A DNA stretch of 64,000 nucleotides from an uncultured Chloroflexia bacterium (GCA_963734535.1 CAVTHS010000003.1:256001-320000), one strand, 5' to 3'; shown: positions 9,627-20,830, counted from the stretch's first letter. Notes: generated by a model from the sequence alone, not told the origin. Numbers and translations are program-made.

Positions 9627-10592
9627 ATGGGCACGGTGCGGGAGGTGCGGATCGCGAAGCGGACGGGGTTCTGCTACGGCGTTCGCGAAGCCGTCGACAA
9701 GGCGAAGGAATCCGCCGACGCGGGCAAGCGCACCCAGACGCTCGGCCAGGTTGTCCACAACGAGGGCGTGATCGCGGAGCTCGGCGCGCGCGGCGTCGTG
9801 AGCATCGCGGAGCTCTCCGAGGCCGATGCCGGCTCGACGGTCGTGATCCGTGCGCACGGGGTGACGCCTGCCGTCCGCTCCGCCGCTGCCGACCGCGGCC
9901 TGGAGATGATCGACGGGACCTGCTCGTGGGTGATCGGCGAGCAGCGCCAGCTCCAGGGGCTGGTCGCCGACGGGTACACGATCGTCCTCCTCGGAACGCC
10001 CAACCACCCGGAGGTCGTCGGCCTGCTGGGCTTCGCGCCGGACGCGATCGTCGTCGACGACGAATCCGACTGGGACCGGATTCCGCGCAAGAAGCGGATG
10101 GCGCTCATCACCCAGTCGACCCAGCCTCCCTGGAAGTTCGAGCGGCTGGCCGCCTTCATGGTGGGCCGCGCCCACGAGCTGAAGATCATCAACAGCGTCT
10201 GCCCGGTGACGATCCGTCGCCAGGAGGACACCGTGGAGCTGGCCCGGGCCGTCGACTTCATCGTGGTGGTGGGCGGGCGTCAGTCGGCCAACACGCGCGA
10301 GCTCACCCGGCTCTGCGAGATCGTCGGGACGCCCGCGATCCAGGTGGAGCGCTCCGACGACCTCACCGACGCGTCCGTGTTCGGCTCTTCCGGGGTCGTC
10401 GGCGTGACCGGCGGGACCTCGACGCCGATCGAGGACCTGGAGGCCGTTGCCGAGCGAATCCTCACGCTGGCCGGAACCCCCGACGCTGTCGCGCACGCCC
10501 ACGCGCTCGCCGTCGCGGCGCTCGGTGCGGCCGCGACCCCTGCCGGGCGTACGACGTCGCTGCCGAGCCCCGTGCTCGCGGCGGCTCGCTGA
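9627..10592 (+). CDS. ispH: 4-hydroxy-3-methylbut-2-enyl diphosphate reductase
   Basis: GFCYGV, VVHN, IRAHGV, DGTC, HPEV, SVCPVT, VVGGRQSANT, GVTGGTSTP; three Fe-S cysteines present. Confidence 0.93.
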   Translation: MGTVREVRIAKRTGFCYGVREAVDKAKESADAGKRTQTLGQVVHNEGVIAELGARGVVSIAELSEADAGSTVVIRAHGVTPAVRSAAADRGLEMIDGTCSWVIGEQRQLQGLVADGYTIVLLGTPNHPEVVGLLGFAPDAIVVDDESDWDRIPRKKRMALITQSTQPPWKFERLAAFMVGRAHELKIINSVCPVTIRRQEDTVELARAVDFIVVVGGRQSANTRELTRLCEIVGTPAIQVERSDDLTDASVFGSSGVVGVTGGTSTPIEDLEAVAERILTLAGTPDAVAHAHALAVAALGAAATPAGRTTSLPSPVLAAAR

Positions 10593-10599
10593 GCGGCGG

Positions 10600-12138
10600 G
10601 TGGCATCCCTCCCCGTCGTCGCGCTCGTCGGCCGTCCGAACGTCGGCAAGAGCACGCTCTTCAACCGGATCGTCGGCGACCCGCGCGCCGCGATCGTCGA
10701 GGATCGCGCCCGGACCACCCGCGACCGCCTCTACGCCGAGGCTGACTGGAACGGGCGCTCGTTCCTCGTCGTCGACACCGGCGGGCTCGAGACGACGCCC
10801 GGCAACGCCATCGAGGAGAAGGTCCAGGAGCAGGCGCGCCTCGCGATCGCCGAAGCGGACGTGATCGTCTTCCTCCTCGACGCGACGACCGGCATCACGC
10901 CCTCCGACCAGGAGGCCGCCGAGATGCTGCGGCGCGCATCTGCGCCCGTCATCCTCGCGCCCAACAAGGCCGACAACGCGAAGCGCGAGCTCGATGCAGT
11001 CGAGTTCTGGGCACTCGGCTGGCCCGAGTCGTGGCCGATCTCGGCCGCCCACGGCCGGGGTGTCGCGGACCTCCTCGACGCGATCGTCACCGCGCTGCCA
11101 CCCGAGAGCGCCGAGGAGCGGACCCGCAAGACCCGCCTTGAGCGCCAGGACCTCGCGGCCGCCCACGTGGCAGATGCGCTCGCCGAAGGGATCGTCCCAT
11201 TCGAGCAGGATTCAGCCGACGCGGACCTGGCCGGTGACGAGTTCGACGCAGACCACGTCCCTGGTCCCGTGACGATCGCGCTCGTCGGACGGCCCAACGT
11301 CGGCAAGTCGAGCCTCCTCAATGCGCTCCTCGGCGAGGAGCGGATGATCGTCAGCGAGATCCCCGGCACCACCCGCGACGCGATCGACACGCGGATGGCG
11401 TTCGGCCAGGGCGAGATCGTGCTCGTCGACACGGCGGGGATCCGGCGCCGCGGGAAGGTTGCCTCCGGGCCGGACGCCGATCGCTATTCGACGCTCCGTG
11501 CGCTCAAGGCGGTCGATCGCGCCGACGTGGTCGTGCTGGTGGTCGACGCCGTGGACGGGCTCACCGCGCAGGACGCGCACGTCGCCGGGTACGCGGTGGA
11601 CGCGGGCAAGGGGCTGGTCCTCGCGATCAACAAGTGGGACCTGGTCCAGGAGAAGACCGACAGGACGTTCGACCAGTACGTGACGTGGATCCAGCGCGAC
11701 GCGCCGTTCCTGGACTTCGCGCCGGCGGTCTCCATCAGCGCGAAGACCGGACAGCGGGTGGAGCGAGTGCTCGAGCTGGCCGTGGACGTGTGGGGCGAGC
11801 GCCGCAAGCGCATCGGCACGGGCGAGCTGAACCGGCTCCTGACCGAGGCGGTCGCGCGCCAGGCGCCGCCGGCCGTCAAGAACCGCCGGCCGCGGCTCTA
11901 CTACGCCACGCAGGCGGGAATCGAGCCGCCCACCTTCATCTTCTTCGCGAACGACGCCGCCCTGATCCACTTCTCCTACCGGCGCTACCTGGAGAACCGG
12001 ATCCGCGACGTGCTCGGCTTCCACGGCGCACCGATCAAGCTGGTCTTCCGCGATCGCGGAACCGAACGGCCGCGACGTGCACGTCCGGCTGCGCGGGCGC
12101 GCGCGAGCGCACGTCCGGGGACGCGCCGACCGAGCTGA
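10600..12138 (+). CDS. der: Ribosome biogenesis double GTPase Der (EngA)
   Basis: Two G domains (GRPNVGKST...DTGG...NKAD; GRPNVGKSS...DTAG...NKWD), acidic linker, C-terminal PPTF...YRRYLENRIR KH-like domain; GTG start at 10600. Confidence 0.96.
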   Translation: MASLPVVALVGRPNVGKSTLFNRIVGDPRAAIVEDRARTTRDRLYAEADWNGRSFLVVDTGGLETTPGNAIEEKVQEQARLAIAEADVIVFLLDATTGITPSDQEAAEMLRRASAPVILAPNKADNAKRELDAVEFWALGWPESWPISAAHGRGVADLLDAIVTALPPESAEERTRKTRLERQDLAAAHVADALAEGIVPFEQDSADADLAGDEFDADHVPGPVTIALVGRPNVGKSSLLNALLGEERMIVSEIPGTTRDAIDTRMAFGQGEIVLVDTAGIRRRGKVASGPDADRYSTLRALKAVDRADVVVLVVDAVDGLTAQDAHVAGYAVDAGKGLVLAINKWDLVQEKTDRTFDQYVTWIQRDAPFLDFAPAVSISAKTGQRVERVLELAVDVWGERRKRIGTGELNRLLTEAVARQAPPAVKNRRPRLYYATQAGIEPPTFIFFANDAALIHFSYRRYLENRIRDVLGFHGAPIKLVFRDRGTERPRRARPAARARASARPGTRRPS

Positions 12139-12209
12139 GCGCCGTCGGCGGGCGGGCCGAGTCGGCCGCGTCCGGGTAACGGACCGGGCGTCTGGTATTC
12201 TCTCCGGGT

Positions 12210-12286
12210 CGGGGCGTGGCGCAGCTTGGTAGCGCACCTGAATGGGGTTCAGGAGGTCGAGCGTTCGAATCGCTCCGCCCCGACCA
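12210..12286 (+). tRNA. tRNA-Pro (GGG)
   Basis: CGGGGCG/CGCCCCG acceptor stem, anticodon arm CCTGA-ATGGGGT-TCAGG, T-loop TTCGAAT, encoded CCA; TGgTATTCT extended -10 at 12193-12201. Confidence 0.97.
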
Positions 12287-12301
12287 TCGCCTGAACACGA
12301 C

Positions 12302-12332
12302 GATGGCCTCCGGTACGCCGCCGGAGGCCATC
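12302..12332 (+). terminator. Hairpin downstream of tRNA-Pro, probable terminator
   Basis: Perfect 12-bp inverted repeat GATGGCCTCCGG / CCGGAGGCCATC with a 7-nt loop; weak U-tail. Confidence 0.6.
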
Positions 12333-12441
12333 TGATTCGGCCCCAGGTCCCCGTTTGATCCCTTCCGGTCCCCAGGCGCGGCGGGCGAGATACCCCTCCC
12401 CGCGGTCGGCGGCGCTCAGGTCCTGGGCGAGGGGCTGCTGT

Positions 12442-13059
12442 TCAGCGTTGTGCCGGCCGGACCAGGACCCAGACCCGCAACCCGCCGTCAGGCGCGGTGC
12501 GGTCGCCGGCGGCCTGGAAGCCCAGGCGCTCGTAGAGGCGGCAGTTCGCTTCGTTCGAGGTTTCGACCGCCGCCGGGAGGCCGGCCTCGTCGCAGGCGGC
12601 CAGGCCGGCGCGGATGACAAGCGAGGCCAGTCCCTCGCGCCGGCGGTCCGGTCGCGTGCCGACGGTCGCGAGGTACCAGTGAGACCCGGCGGGGCGGAGC
12701 GGCGCTGTCTCCGCGTCGAGGGCGTCGACCGCCTCGAGCCGGTCACCGAAGAGGGCGGCCGATTCTTCGTTGAGACGGGTGCGAAGGACGTCGCTGATCG
12801 GGGTCCGGCCGGGCTTGACCCAGCCGGCAACGGAGCTGATGTCGTCGGTCACCCACGTGCTGCCCGCCTCGGCGCCGACCAGCCCGGCGTAGAGCAGGTG
12901 GAGGCCGCGGAGGCGCTCACGGCGGTTGTCGGCGGGAACGGCCCAGCGAGACCATTCGTAGTCGATAAACGCGTCGGCGAGCAGGTCGGCGATCGGCCCG
13001 GCATCCTCGAAGGTCGCCAACCGAACGGCGGGGCGGGGCATCGTCATCGCCGAACTCAT
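12442..13059 (-). CDS. GNAT family N-acetyltransferase (puromycin acetyltransferase-like)
   Basis: HWYLATVGTRPDRRREGLAS acetyl-CoA motif, VETSNEANCRLYERLGF; SD GGAGAGGAG before ATG 13059. Confidence 0.85.
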   Translation of the reverse strand: MSSAMTMPRPAVRLATFEDAGPIADLLADAFIDYEWSRWAVPADNRRERLRGLHLLYAGLVGAEAGSTWVTDDISSVAGWVKPGRTPISDVLRTRLNEESAALFGDRLEAVDALDAETAPLRPAGSHWYLATVGTRPDRRREGLASLVIRAGLAACDEAGLPAAVETSNEANCRLYERLGFQAAGDRTAPDGGLRVWVLVRPAQR

Positions 13060-13384
13060 TCGGGTCTCCTCTCCCGTCAAGACCGAGCTGCCTGGCCCGT
13101 GCCGCGGTGGTCGGGGGCCCTGGTTCGACAGGATTGACCGAGACCAGGGGCATACCCAGATCGCGGACTCTCCTGAGCAGTCCGTGCAAGGCGGCCTGGT
13201 CGACGACCGGACCGGTGATGAGCGTGTCGCCACCGTCGAGTGCGATCGTCAGGCCCGCGAACCAGTCCGCCCATCGAGAATTGAGCTGGCCGGTGATCCG
13301 GATCTGATAGACCGTCGGTTGGCTCGATTCGAGGTGTGGGTCGAGCCCTGGTGACATCGCTCGGTGCCGGTTGCGGCTCATCAT
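12917..13384 (-). CDS. Small conserved hypothetical protein (YQIRI.G.L...W..WF...DQAALHGLL family)
   Basis: Core VYQIRITGQLNSRWADWFAGLTI...ITGPVVDQAALHGLLRRVRDLGMPLVSV; the core ends near 13130 but the frame runs on into the GNAT gene, so the true stop is uncertain. Confidence 0.72.
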   Translation of the reverse strand: MMSRNRHRAMSPGLDPHLESSQPTVYQIRITGQLNSRWADWFAGLTIALDGGDTLITGPVVDQAALHGLLRRVRDLGMPLVSVNPVEPGPPTTAARARQLGLDGRGDPNEFGDDDAPPRRSVGDLRGCRADRRPARRRVYRLRMVSLGRSRRQPP

Positions 13385-13391
13385 TGCCAGC

Positions 13392-14132
<741 letters not shown>

Positions 14133-14144
14133 TGTCCGTCGCTC

Positions 14145-15308
14145 CTATTCGTAGCGGAGGGCCGCGACCGGGTCGAGGCGCGCCGCGTTCCAGGCGGGGA
14201 TGATTCCGGCGACGACGCCGAGAATGGTCGAGAAGAGAACGGCGAAGACTGCGGTCTGCGGGGTGAGCTGGAAGAGGATCATCCCCGAGCTCCGGCCGGC
14301 CTCGTTGGCGAGGACCACGACCACCGAGCCGAGGCCCAGTCCGAGCATGCCACCCAGCAGGCCGATCAGCCCGGCCTCACTCACGAGCTCACGGACGACG
14401 CGGGTCCGCGAGCCGCCGATCGCCCGCTTGATCCCGATCTCCCGGGTCCGCTCGGCGACAGACATGGCCATCGTGTTGATGACCGAGAGGCCGCCGACGA
14501 TCAGGCTGATCAGGGCCACGCCGACGATGATCGCGTTGAAGATCGCGACCGAAGAGCCCACGACCCCGTCGAACTCGGTTCCGGTCATCGCCGAGGCGTT
14601 CGGGATGTCGGCCTCGATCCGTGCGGCAAGGGCTTCGACGTCGGTTCCCTCCGCGGGATAGACCGTGATGTCGGTCACGATCTGGTCCGCCCGGATGTTC
14701 TCGCGGACGACCGGGGGCAGATCCTGGACGAAGATGTCCTGGGCCGCCGCGAGCGGCACGATCGCCGTCGCATCGGGCGCGGTCAGGGTCGGCTCGAGGG
14801 TCCCGACCACCTCGAACGTCATGCCCCGGATCTTGAGCGTGTCGCCGATGCCCTTGCCGAGCTTGCGGGCGAGGTCGGAACCGAGGACGGCCACGAGGGA
14901 ATCGGCGTCTTCGGCGGCGAGCGCCCGGCCCCGGGCGACCTGGGCGTCATACATGTTGCCGTGATCTGCTCCGGGCAGGTCCCCGACGACCATGTCGGGC
15001 ATGCTGATCCCGCTCGCCGACGCGGGATCGAGGAGGGTGCTGACGCCAGGAACGGCCGCAGCCACCCCTGGGATCGCGGCGATATCCTCAACCAGGGCGA
15101 TCGCCATGGGGCTGTCTCCGGACAGCCCACCGGATTTGTCGGTGACGACGATCTTGCCCGCGTAGTAGTCGCTGCCGATGGCGACGATCGAGCTGATCTT
15201 GTTGGCCATCGAGCCGAACACGACGAGGGCCCAGATGCCGATCGTGATGCCGGTGACGGTCAGGGCGGTCCGAAGCCGCCGTCGGGCGAGATTGCGCAAC
15301 AGGCTCAT
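14145..15308 (-). CDS. ABC transporter permease (MacB-PCD plus FtsX domain)
   Basis: RNLARRRLRTALTVTGITIG, extracellular domain, NTMAMSVAERTREIGIKRAIG, PAWNAARLDPVAALRYE; SD AGGAG. Confidence 0.92.
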   Translation of the reverse strand: MSLLRNLARRRLRTALTVTGITIGIWALVVFGSMANKISSIVAIGSDYYAGKIVVTDKSGGLSGDSPMAIALVEDIAAIPGVAAAVPGVSTLLDPASASGISMPDMVVGDLPGADHGNMYDAQVARGRALAAEDADSLVAVLGSDLARKLGKGIGDTLKIRGMTFEVVGTLEPTLTAPDATAIVPLAAAQDIFVQDLPPVVRENIRADQIVTDITVYPAEGTDVEALAARIEADIPNASAMTGTEFDGVVGSSVAIFNAIIVGVALISLIVGGLSVINTMAMSVAERTREIGIKRAIGGSRTRVVRELVSEAGLIGLLGGMLGLGLGSVVVVLANEAGRSSGMILFQLTPQTAVFAVLFSTILGVVAGIIPAWNAARLDPVAALRYE

Positions 15309-15408
15309 GCGTGATTCTCCTGGATGCTGCTGACGGTCCCCGACGCCACGGCTCGGGCAGGGAGTGCCGCGACCTGTCGAGACAGCGGGAGGTGTGGCCA
15401 CCTGACCC

Positions 15409-16386
15409 TCAGACGGTGATGACGACCTTCCCCCGAGCATGTCCGGCTTCGAGATAGCGGATCGCGTCCGGGCTTTCAGGCAGCGGATAGGTCCGATCGA
15501 TGACCGGTGTGACCTTCCCGCCCTCGGCGAGCTCCTTGAGGACGACCAGGTCCTCCTTCGTGACATGAGCCGTGAACGCGAACAGCTTCTGGGTTCCGAA
15601 CCTGGACGCGACGACCGCGCGGAGGATCTGACCGAAGGGTCCGATCCACTTGCTGCGGCCGCCGTGGGAGAGCAGCAGCGTCCCCCGCGGTTCCAGAGCG
15701 CGCCGGCAGTCCGACACCGAGTGGTTGCCGACGAGATCGAGGATCAGGTCGTACCGGTTCGGACCTCGCGTGAAGTCCTCCGCGGTGTAGTCGATGACGT
15801 GGTCGGCGCCGATCGCGTGGACCATCTCCACGTTCTGCGTGCTGCACACGCCGGTCACGTTGGCGCCGAACGCCTTCGCGATCTGCACGGCGAAGGTCCC
15901 CACGCCGCCCGACGCCCCGTTGACCAGGACCGTCTGGCCAGGCTTGACGCGTCCGTGGTCGCGGATCGCCCGGAGCGCGGTCGTGGCCGCGATGGGCATC
16001 GAGGCAGCCTGTGCGAACGTGAGGTTCGCCGGCCTGGGCGCCAGTTCGCGCTCGGAAGCGCACGCGTATCCGGCGAAGGTGCCCTGCCCCACGCCATAGA
16101 CCTCGTCGCCCGGGCGAAGCTGCGTCACGTTCTTGCCGACCGCCTCGACCTGGCCCGCGAGATCCCTGCCCCGGATGGGGAGCTTCGGGCCGCGGATCCC
16201 GAACCCGGCGGACGCGGCGCCCCGCACGATGTAGGGCAGCCCTCGCATGAAGTGCAGGTCGTATGGATTGGCGGAGGCCGCGTGGACGCGGACCAGCACG
16301 TCATCGTCCCCGACGATCGGCCTGTCGAGCTCTCGGAGCGCAAGCGCATCCGCCGCGCCGTATCTGTCCTGGGCGATTGCCTTCAT
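15409..16386 (-). CDS. NAD(P)-dependent oxidoreductase, MDR/quinone-oxidoreductase-like
   Basis: VLVRVHAASANPYD, GRDLAGQV, VLVNGASGGVGTFAVQIAK, HARGKVVI; catalytic Zn ligands not evident. Confidence 0.9.
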   Translation of the reverse strand: MKAIAQDRYGAADALALRELDRPIVGDDDVLVRVHAASANPYDLHFMRGLPYIVRGAASAGFGIRGPKLPIRGRDLAGQVEAVGKNVTQLRPGDEVYGVGQGTFAGYACASERELAPRPANLTFAQAASMPIAATTALRAIRDHGRVKPGQTVLVNGASGGVGTFAVQIAKAFGANVTGVCSTQNVEMVHAIGADHVIDYTAEDFTRGPNRYDLILDLVGNHSVSDCRRALEPRGTLLLSHGGRSKWIGPFGQILRAVVASRFGTQKLFAFTAHVTKEDLVVLKELAEGGKVTPVIDRTYPLPESPDAIRYLEAGHARGKVVITV

Positions 16387-16506
16387 CGTGTCCCCTTCGA
16401 TCCGTCGCGTCGGTTGACGCGCCGTCCGAGCCTCTGCCGCCCGGTCCCTGGCAGCCCCTGTCGCTGGTCTGCACGGGCAGCGTGTCCCCTCGACGGGATG
16501 AGTGTC

Positions 16507-16524
16507 ATACCTCCCACGAGGTAT
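16507..16524. promoter_or_regulatory. Palindrome ATACCTC-CCAC-GAGGTAT, candidate LuxR-family operator
   Basis: Perfect 7-bp inverted repeat in the intergenic gap upstream of the oxidoreductase-ABC operon; also reads as TACCTCC-N2-CGAGGTA (NarL/LuxR-like 7-2-7). Confidence 0.5.
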
Positions 16525-16759
16525 TCAGGGGACTATTCGCGGACGGCCGGAAGCGCGGAGGGGAGCCTGCGGACCGCCTCCCGCCGAGCAGCGTCCCGGA
16601 GGCTGTGGGGCCCAGTCGTCGGGGCGGTGAAGCGGGCAGGAGCCCCGGGGCCATCTCGTGGCGACCCCCTGCGTGCGGCTGCCGACGCGGAGGTTGGGGT
16701 AGATCGAGCGGTCTGAGCGCGATGATGGCTCGGCGAACAGCCTGCACTCGCGGTCGCAA

Positions 16760-17740
16760 CTATGCGACGACGACCACGACGTTCCCCAGCTTCTGGCCGG
16801 TTTCGGCGTACGTGTGTGCCTCGACCATCCGCTCGAGCGGGAAGCTCCGGCCGATGACCGGGTGCAGCCGTCCCGCTTCGACCAGGCCTCGCAGGTAGGC
16901 CAGGTCCTCGCCCGTTCCGCTCGATCCTGCGAATGACACCCGCTTCCTGCTTCCCCTCGACGCCCACTTGGCGCGAACGATCTGCAGGAAGCCCGGATTG
17001 GCCATGAGGAGACATCCGTTCTCAGTCAGCAACCTCACCATGCGACCAGACGGCGTGTTGCGGACGACGTCGAAGATGACGTCGTAGGTCTCGGGCCTGT
17101 CGGTGAAGTCCTCCTGGGCGTAGTCGATGACGCGATCTGCGCCGATCGTGCGCAGCATCTCCAGCTTCGGCCCACTGTCCACCGCGGTCACGTGCGCCCC
17201 GAGGACCTTGGCGAGCTGGACAGCGAACGTGCCGAAGCTTCCTCCCGCTCCGTTGACCAGGACCCTTTGCCCGCTCCGGAGGTTCGCCTTCCGCAGGAAC
17301 TGCAATGCCTCGCCTCCCCCATAGGGCACGGCCGCAGCTTCCTCGTAGCCCAGGTTCGCGGGCATCGTCGTGATCGCCCCGGTCCTGGGGTTCTCGCGCA
17401 GGCAGATGTACTCCGCGTAGGCTCCCAGCCCGATGCCCGTTGCCGCGAAGATCCGGTCGCCCTGTTTGAGCGACCTGACCAGTCTGCCTACCGACTCGAC
17501 GTCACCGGCAAGCTCCTGCCCGAGCACGGGTTGTCTCGGTCTGCGGATGCCGAACGCGAGCCGGATAGGCACCCAGATCCAGGGGGCGAAGTCGAACCTA
17601 CGCAGCTCGCAATCGGCCGCGCTGACCGTCGTGGCGCGGATCCGGACCAGCACCTCGTCGTCCTTCGGGACGGGCTTCGGCACCTCTCTGAGTTGAAGGA
17701 CATCCGGGGGCCCGTAGGCCGTGCAGACGATCGCTCTCAT
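16760..17740 (-). CDS. NAD(P)-dependent oxidoreductase, MDR family (second paralog)
   Basis: YGPPDVLQL, VLGQELAGDV, GAYAEYIC, VLVNGAGGSFGTFAVQLAK, GQKLGNVVV; ATG overlaps the regulator stop. Confidence 0.9.
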   Translation of the reverse strand: MRAIVCTAYGPPDVLQLREVPKPVPKDDEVLVRIRATTVSAADCELRRFDFAPWIWVPIRLAFGIRRPRQPVLGQELAGDVESVGRLVRSLKQGDRIFAATGIGLGAYAEYICLRENPRTGAITTMPANLGYEEAAAVPYGGGEALQFLRKANLRSGQRVLVNGAGGSFGTFAVQLAKVLGAHVTAVDSGPKLEMLRTIGADRVIDYAQEDFTDRPETYDVIFDVVRNTPSGRMVRLLTENGCLLMANPGFLQIVRAKWASRGSRKRVSFAGSSGTGEDLAYLRGLVEAGRLHPVIGRSFPLERMVEAHTYAETGQKLGNVVVVVA

Positions 17741-20430
17741 GGGTCTCCGTCGGGGCGACGGCCCTCGGACAGGTAGCCCAGGGCTCGTCCCCCGGCGACT
17801 GCCTGCGTGCGACTGCTGACGCCGAGCTTGGCGTAGATGGTGCGGGCGTGCGCCTTCACCGTGTGGAGCGACAGATACAGCCTGGCTGCGATCTCCTGGT
17901 TGGTGAGCCCCGTGGCGATGAGAGCGAGCACTTCGAGCTCGCGGCAGCTGAGCGGTTCGGCGAGACGCCTTCCGGCCACTCTCGTCGCGGGTGATGCGGC
18001 CCGTCGCGCGTCATCGACGGGAAACGCGGCCAGCAATCGCCGCACGTACTCCGGACGAACCCCTCGAGACAACGCCTCGAGGAGCAGGCGAGCCATCGGC
18101 GCGCCTTCGTCGACGAAGATGCGGATGAAGCCGCCCGGCTCGGCCACCGCCAGTGCTGCGTCCAGCAGGTCCACGGCCGTGGCCCGCTCGCCAAGGGCAT
18201 CGAAGGCGACGGCGCGCAGGATCATGGTCTTGAGCTGCTCATCCGCCCAAGCCCGTTCCTCCACCCGCCGGAGATATGGCTCCAGCACCGCCAGTGCTGT
18301 CGAGGGCTCTCCCTGGGCGAGGTGGACCCGAGCGCGGGCAAGGGGAAGGTCGTGCGTCTCGGCCAGGTGAGCGGCACCCGCCAGATTGCCCTGCCGGAGC
18401 AACGTCAGCACCTGGGCAGCAGCGATCTCGGGCACGCGATGTACGAAGCTGTTCTCGCGCACAGACTGCTCGGTCTCCGCCAGCATGGCGGCCGCGCCGG
18501 CCACATCTCCCCGGGCCAGCTTCAGGCGAGCCAGGAACACTTCGCAGAAGACGTATCGATCAATCGCGCGATCGTATTGCCGCGCCAGTTGAAGGCTCTG
18601 CTGCCCGTACTGTTGAGCGGCATCCAAATCGTTCCATTCATAGAAGATGCGAGCCAGGCCAATAAACTCCTGATCAGCAGTCGAGGGTGCCTGATTTCCA
18701 AGCAGCTGCAAGGAGCAACGGTAGGTTTCGGCCGCCTGGTAGAGCTGGTTTTCAGATTCCTGCACATTGCCGAATCCGGTTGTGGCCAACACGGTGATGT
18801 TGATATTCCCGAATGTCTGCCTGATCGCTTTGGCTTCCATATAGGCCTGACGGGCCGCGGCACGGTCACCCTGGAGCTGGTGGGCAAACCCCAGCGCCCG
18901 GAGAGCTCTACCGCGGGAAGGCAGGTTATCGGGTTGCAGGTACCCCAGGGCGCGGTGCGCCTGGTTGATCATGGCTTCGGGCTCGTAGCCGGCGAGCGCC
19001 AGGGTGGCTCTGGCGGCGGCAATCTGTCCCAGCAGGTCGCGGGTCTTGTCATCGAGATCGGCATCTTGCAGAGCGCTTTCAGCGGCTTGGAGCTTCTCTT
19101 CCACACCGGTTGTCCGTCCCGCGTCCAGCGCCACCGTGGCAGACCTCACCCACAACCAGGGCCTGGCATCCAATACGGTCCTTGGCAGCGAATCCAGCCA
19201 TTCGAATTCGGCTGTCACTGCTGCGCGTGAGTGCTGGGGGATCCGCCCACTGATGATCAGCCGCTCGGCGCGTTCAATGTCATTGGCGGCGGCCGCATGG
19301 TGGAAGGCTTCGACCTCCAGGGCATTGTCTTCGTACCATTGGCTGGCACGGATGTGGAATTCGGCCATGCTCCTTCCTTCATCCCCTCCTGAAGAAGCGA
19401 GGCTCTGGTGCAACCGCTGCCGCAGAAGCTCGGCGAAGAGATGGTGATAGCGGCACCATCGCCGCTCGTTGTCCAGGGGGACGATGAACAGGTTCGCTCG
19501 CTCGAGATACTCCAGGGTCTCCTGGCCGGAAGCTACGGACTCGGACATCACGGCATCACAGAGCGGGCCGCAGAGCCGATCCAGGATGGACGTCCGCAGC
19601 AGGAAGGTCTGGATTGATTCGGGCTGCCGCTGGAGGACTTCTTCGACCAGATAGTCGAGCACGAAGTGGTGGCTGCCGGCGAACGACCTGATGAATCCTG
19701 CGACGTCGTCACGGCCCTGCAGTGAGATCGCGGCCAGCTGCAGGCCCGCGATCCAACCTTCGGTACGAGTTTCCAGGGCGGCGATGTCGTCCGCCGTGAG
19801 GTCCAGGCCCATCACCTGGTTGAGAAAGCTCGGCGGCCTCGGACGGGGTGAAGCGCAGGTCGACGGCTCGCAGTTCGGTCAGCTGGCCCCGGGCGCGCAG
19901 TCGGGCCAGGGGCAGCGCGGGATCCTCACGGGTGGCGATGACCAGGTGCAGCTGCGGCGGCAGGTGCTCGACCAGGAAGGCCAGCGCATCGTCCACCGGC
20001 TTTGCGTCGAGGACGTGGTAGTCGTCGAGGACGAGGACGACGATCGCTCGGGATGGTCGGCGACGTCGTTGAGCAGGGCCGTCAGCGTCGACTCGGGTGA
20101 CGGGGGCTGCGGCGATTGGAGCACGGCCAGCACCCCTGTCTCCGATCCCGGGCGCGATCGTCTGCAGAGCCGCGATCAGGTAGGTCAGGAAGCGGTTGGG
20201 ATCGCTGTCGCCTTCGATCGAGCGACAGCCATGCCACCGGTCGCCCGCAGCCCGCGACCCATTCACTGACCAGCGTCGTCTTGCCAAAGCCGGCAGGGGC
20301 GGAGACCAGGGTCAGCCTGTGGCCGGCAGCGAGGCCCTCGTTCAGCCGCTCGATCAGTCGCGGACGGAGGACGACCCGTTCGCCGCGAGGGTGGGATGTA
20401 GAGCTTGGTGGCCAGGAGCGCCGCGGGCAC
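17737..20430 (-). CDS. MalT-like large ATP-binding LuxR (LAL/STAND) transcriptional regulator; several frameshifts in the 5' 650 bp
   Basis: Pieces in different frames: MPAALLATKLYIPP, RPRLIERLNEGL...LVSAPAGFGKTT (Walker A), DSDPNRFLTYL, VLDDYH (Walker B), TREDP, TEGWIAGLQL, RYHHLFAELL, TPR region, C-terminal LSCRELEVLALIATGLTNQEIA HTH. GTG 20430 lies 6 nt after TATAGT. Confidence 0.88.
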
Positions 20431-20665
20431 GGATCAACTATAGAGACGCAGGTCCCGGGAATTGCCGTCTCCAGTGCGGGGATGGGACGTATGACAAGGA
20501 CGTAGCAGGGGGCAGCACCGGGCGCCATTCCGCCCGATCGGCCGGATGACGGGCCGTCATGACAGGTCTCGCGCCTCGAGGGAACAGTCGGCAGGATGGT
20601 AGGGCGTTCACGGCCCTCCTCGCCCGATCTCAGCGGGCTCGAAATGCTGCGAGGAGCTGCGCCCG

Positions 20666-20830
20666 ATGAACGCCACGGCCGCCTTGATCCAGACGGTCCG
20701 CCACCTGCCTCCCGTCAAGGCCCTCCCGTCTTTCAACCCTCTGCGGCGGCTCGCACCCAGGATGACCGACGCCCAGCTGGCAGCGCGGCGCGGCTACCAG
20801 CGTCCGGCACCGCCAGGCAAACGCCGATAG
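20666..20830 (+). CDS. Candidate small basic protein (54 aa), not in the ORF track
   Basis: GAGGAG 9 nt before ATG; MNATAALIQTVRHLPPVKALPSFNPLRRLAPRMTDAQLAARRGYQRPAPPGKRR*. Confidence 0.35.
   Translation: MNATAALIQTVRHLPPVKALPSFNPLRRLAPRMTDAQLAARRGYQRPAPPGKRR

Noticed and set aside
12262-12286. attR duplication of the tRNA-Pro (or tRNA-Arg) 3' end
   Set aside because: No second copy or integrase found by eye; a computational search could still find a short one.
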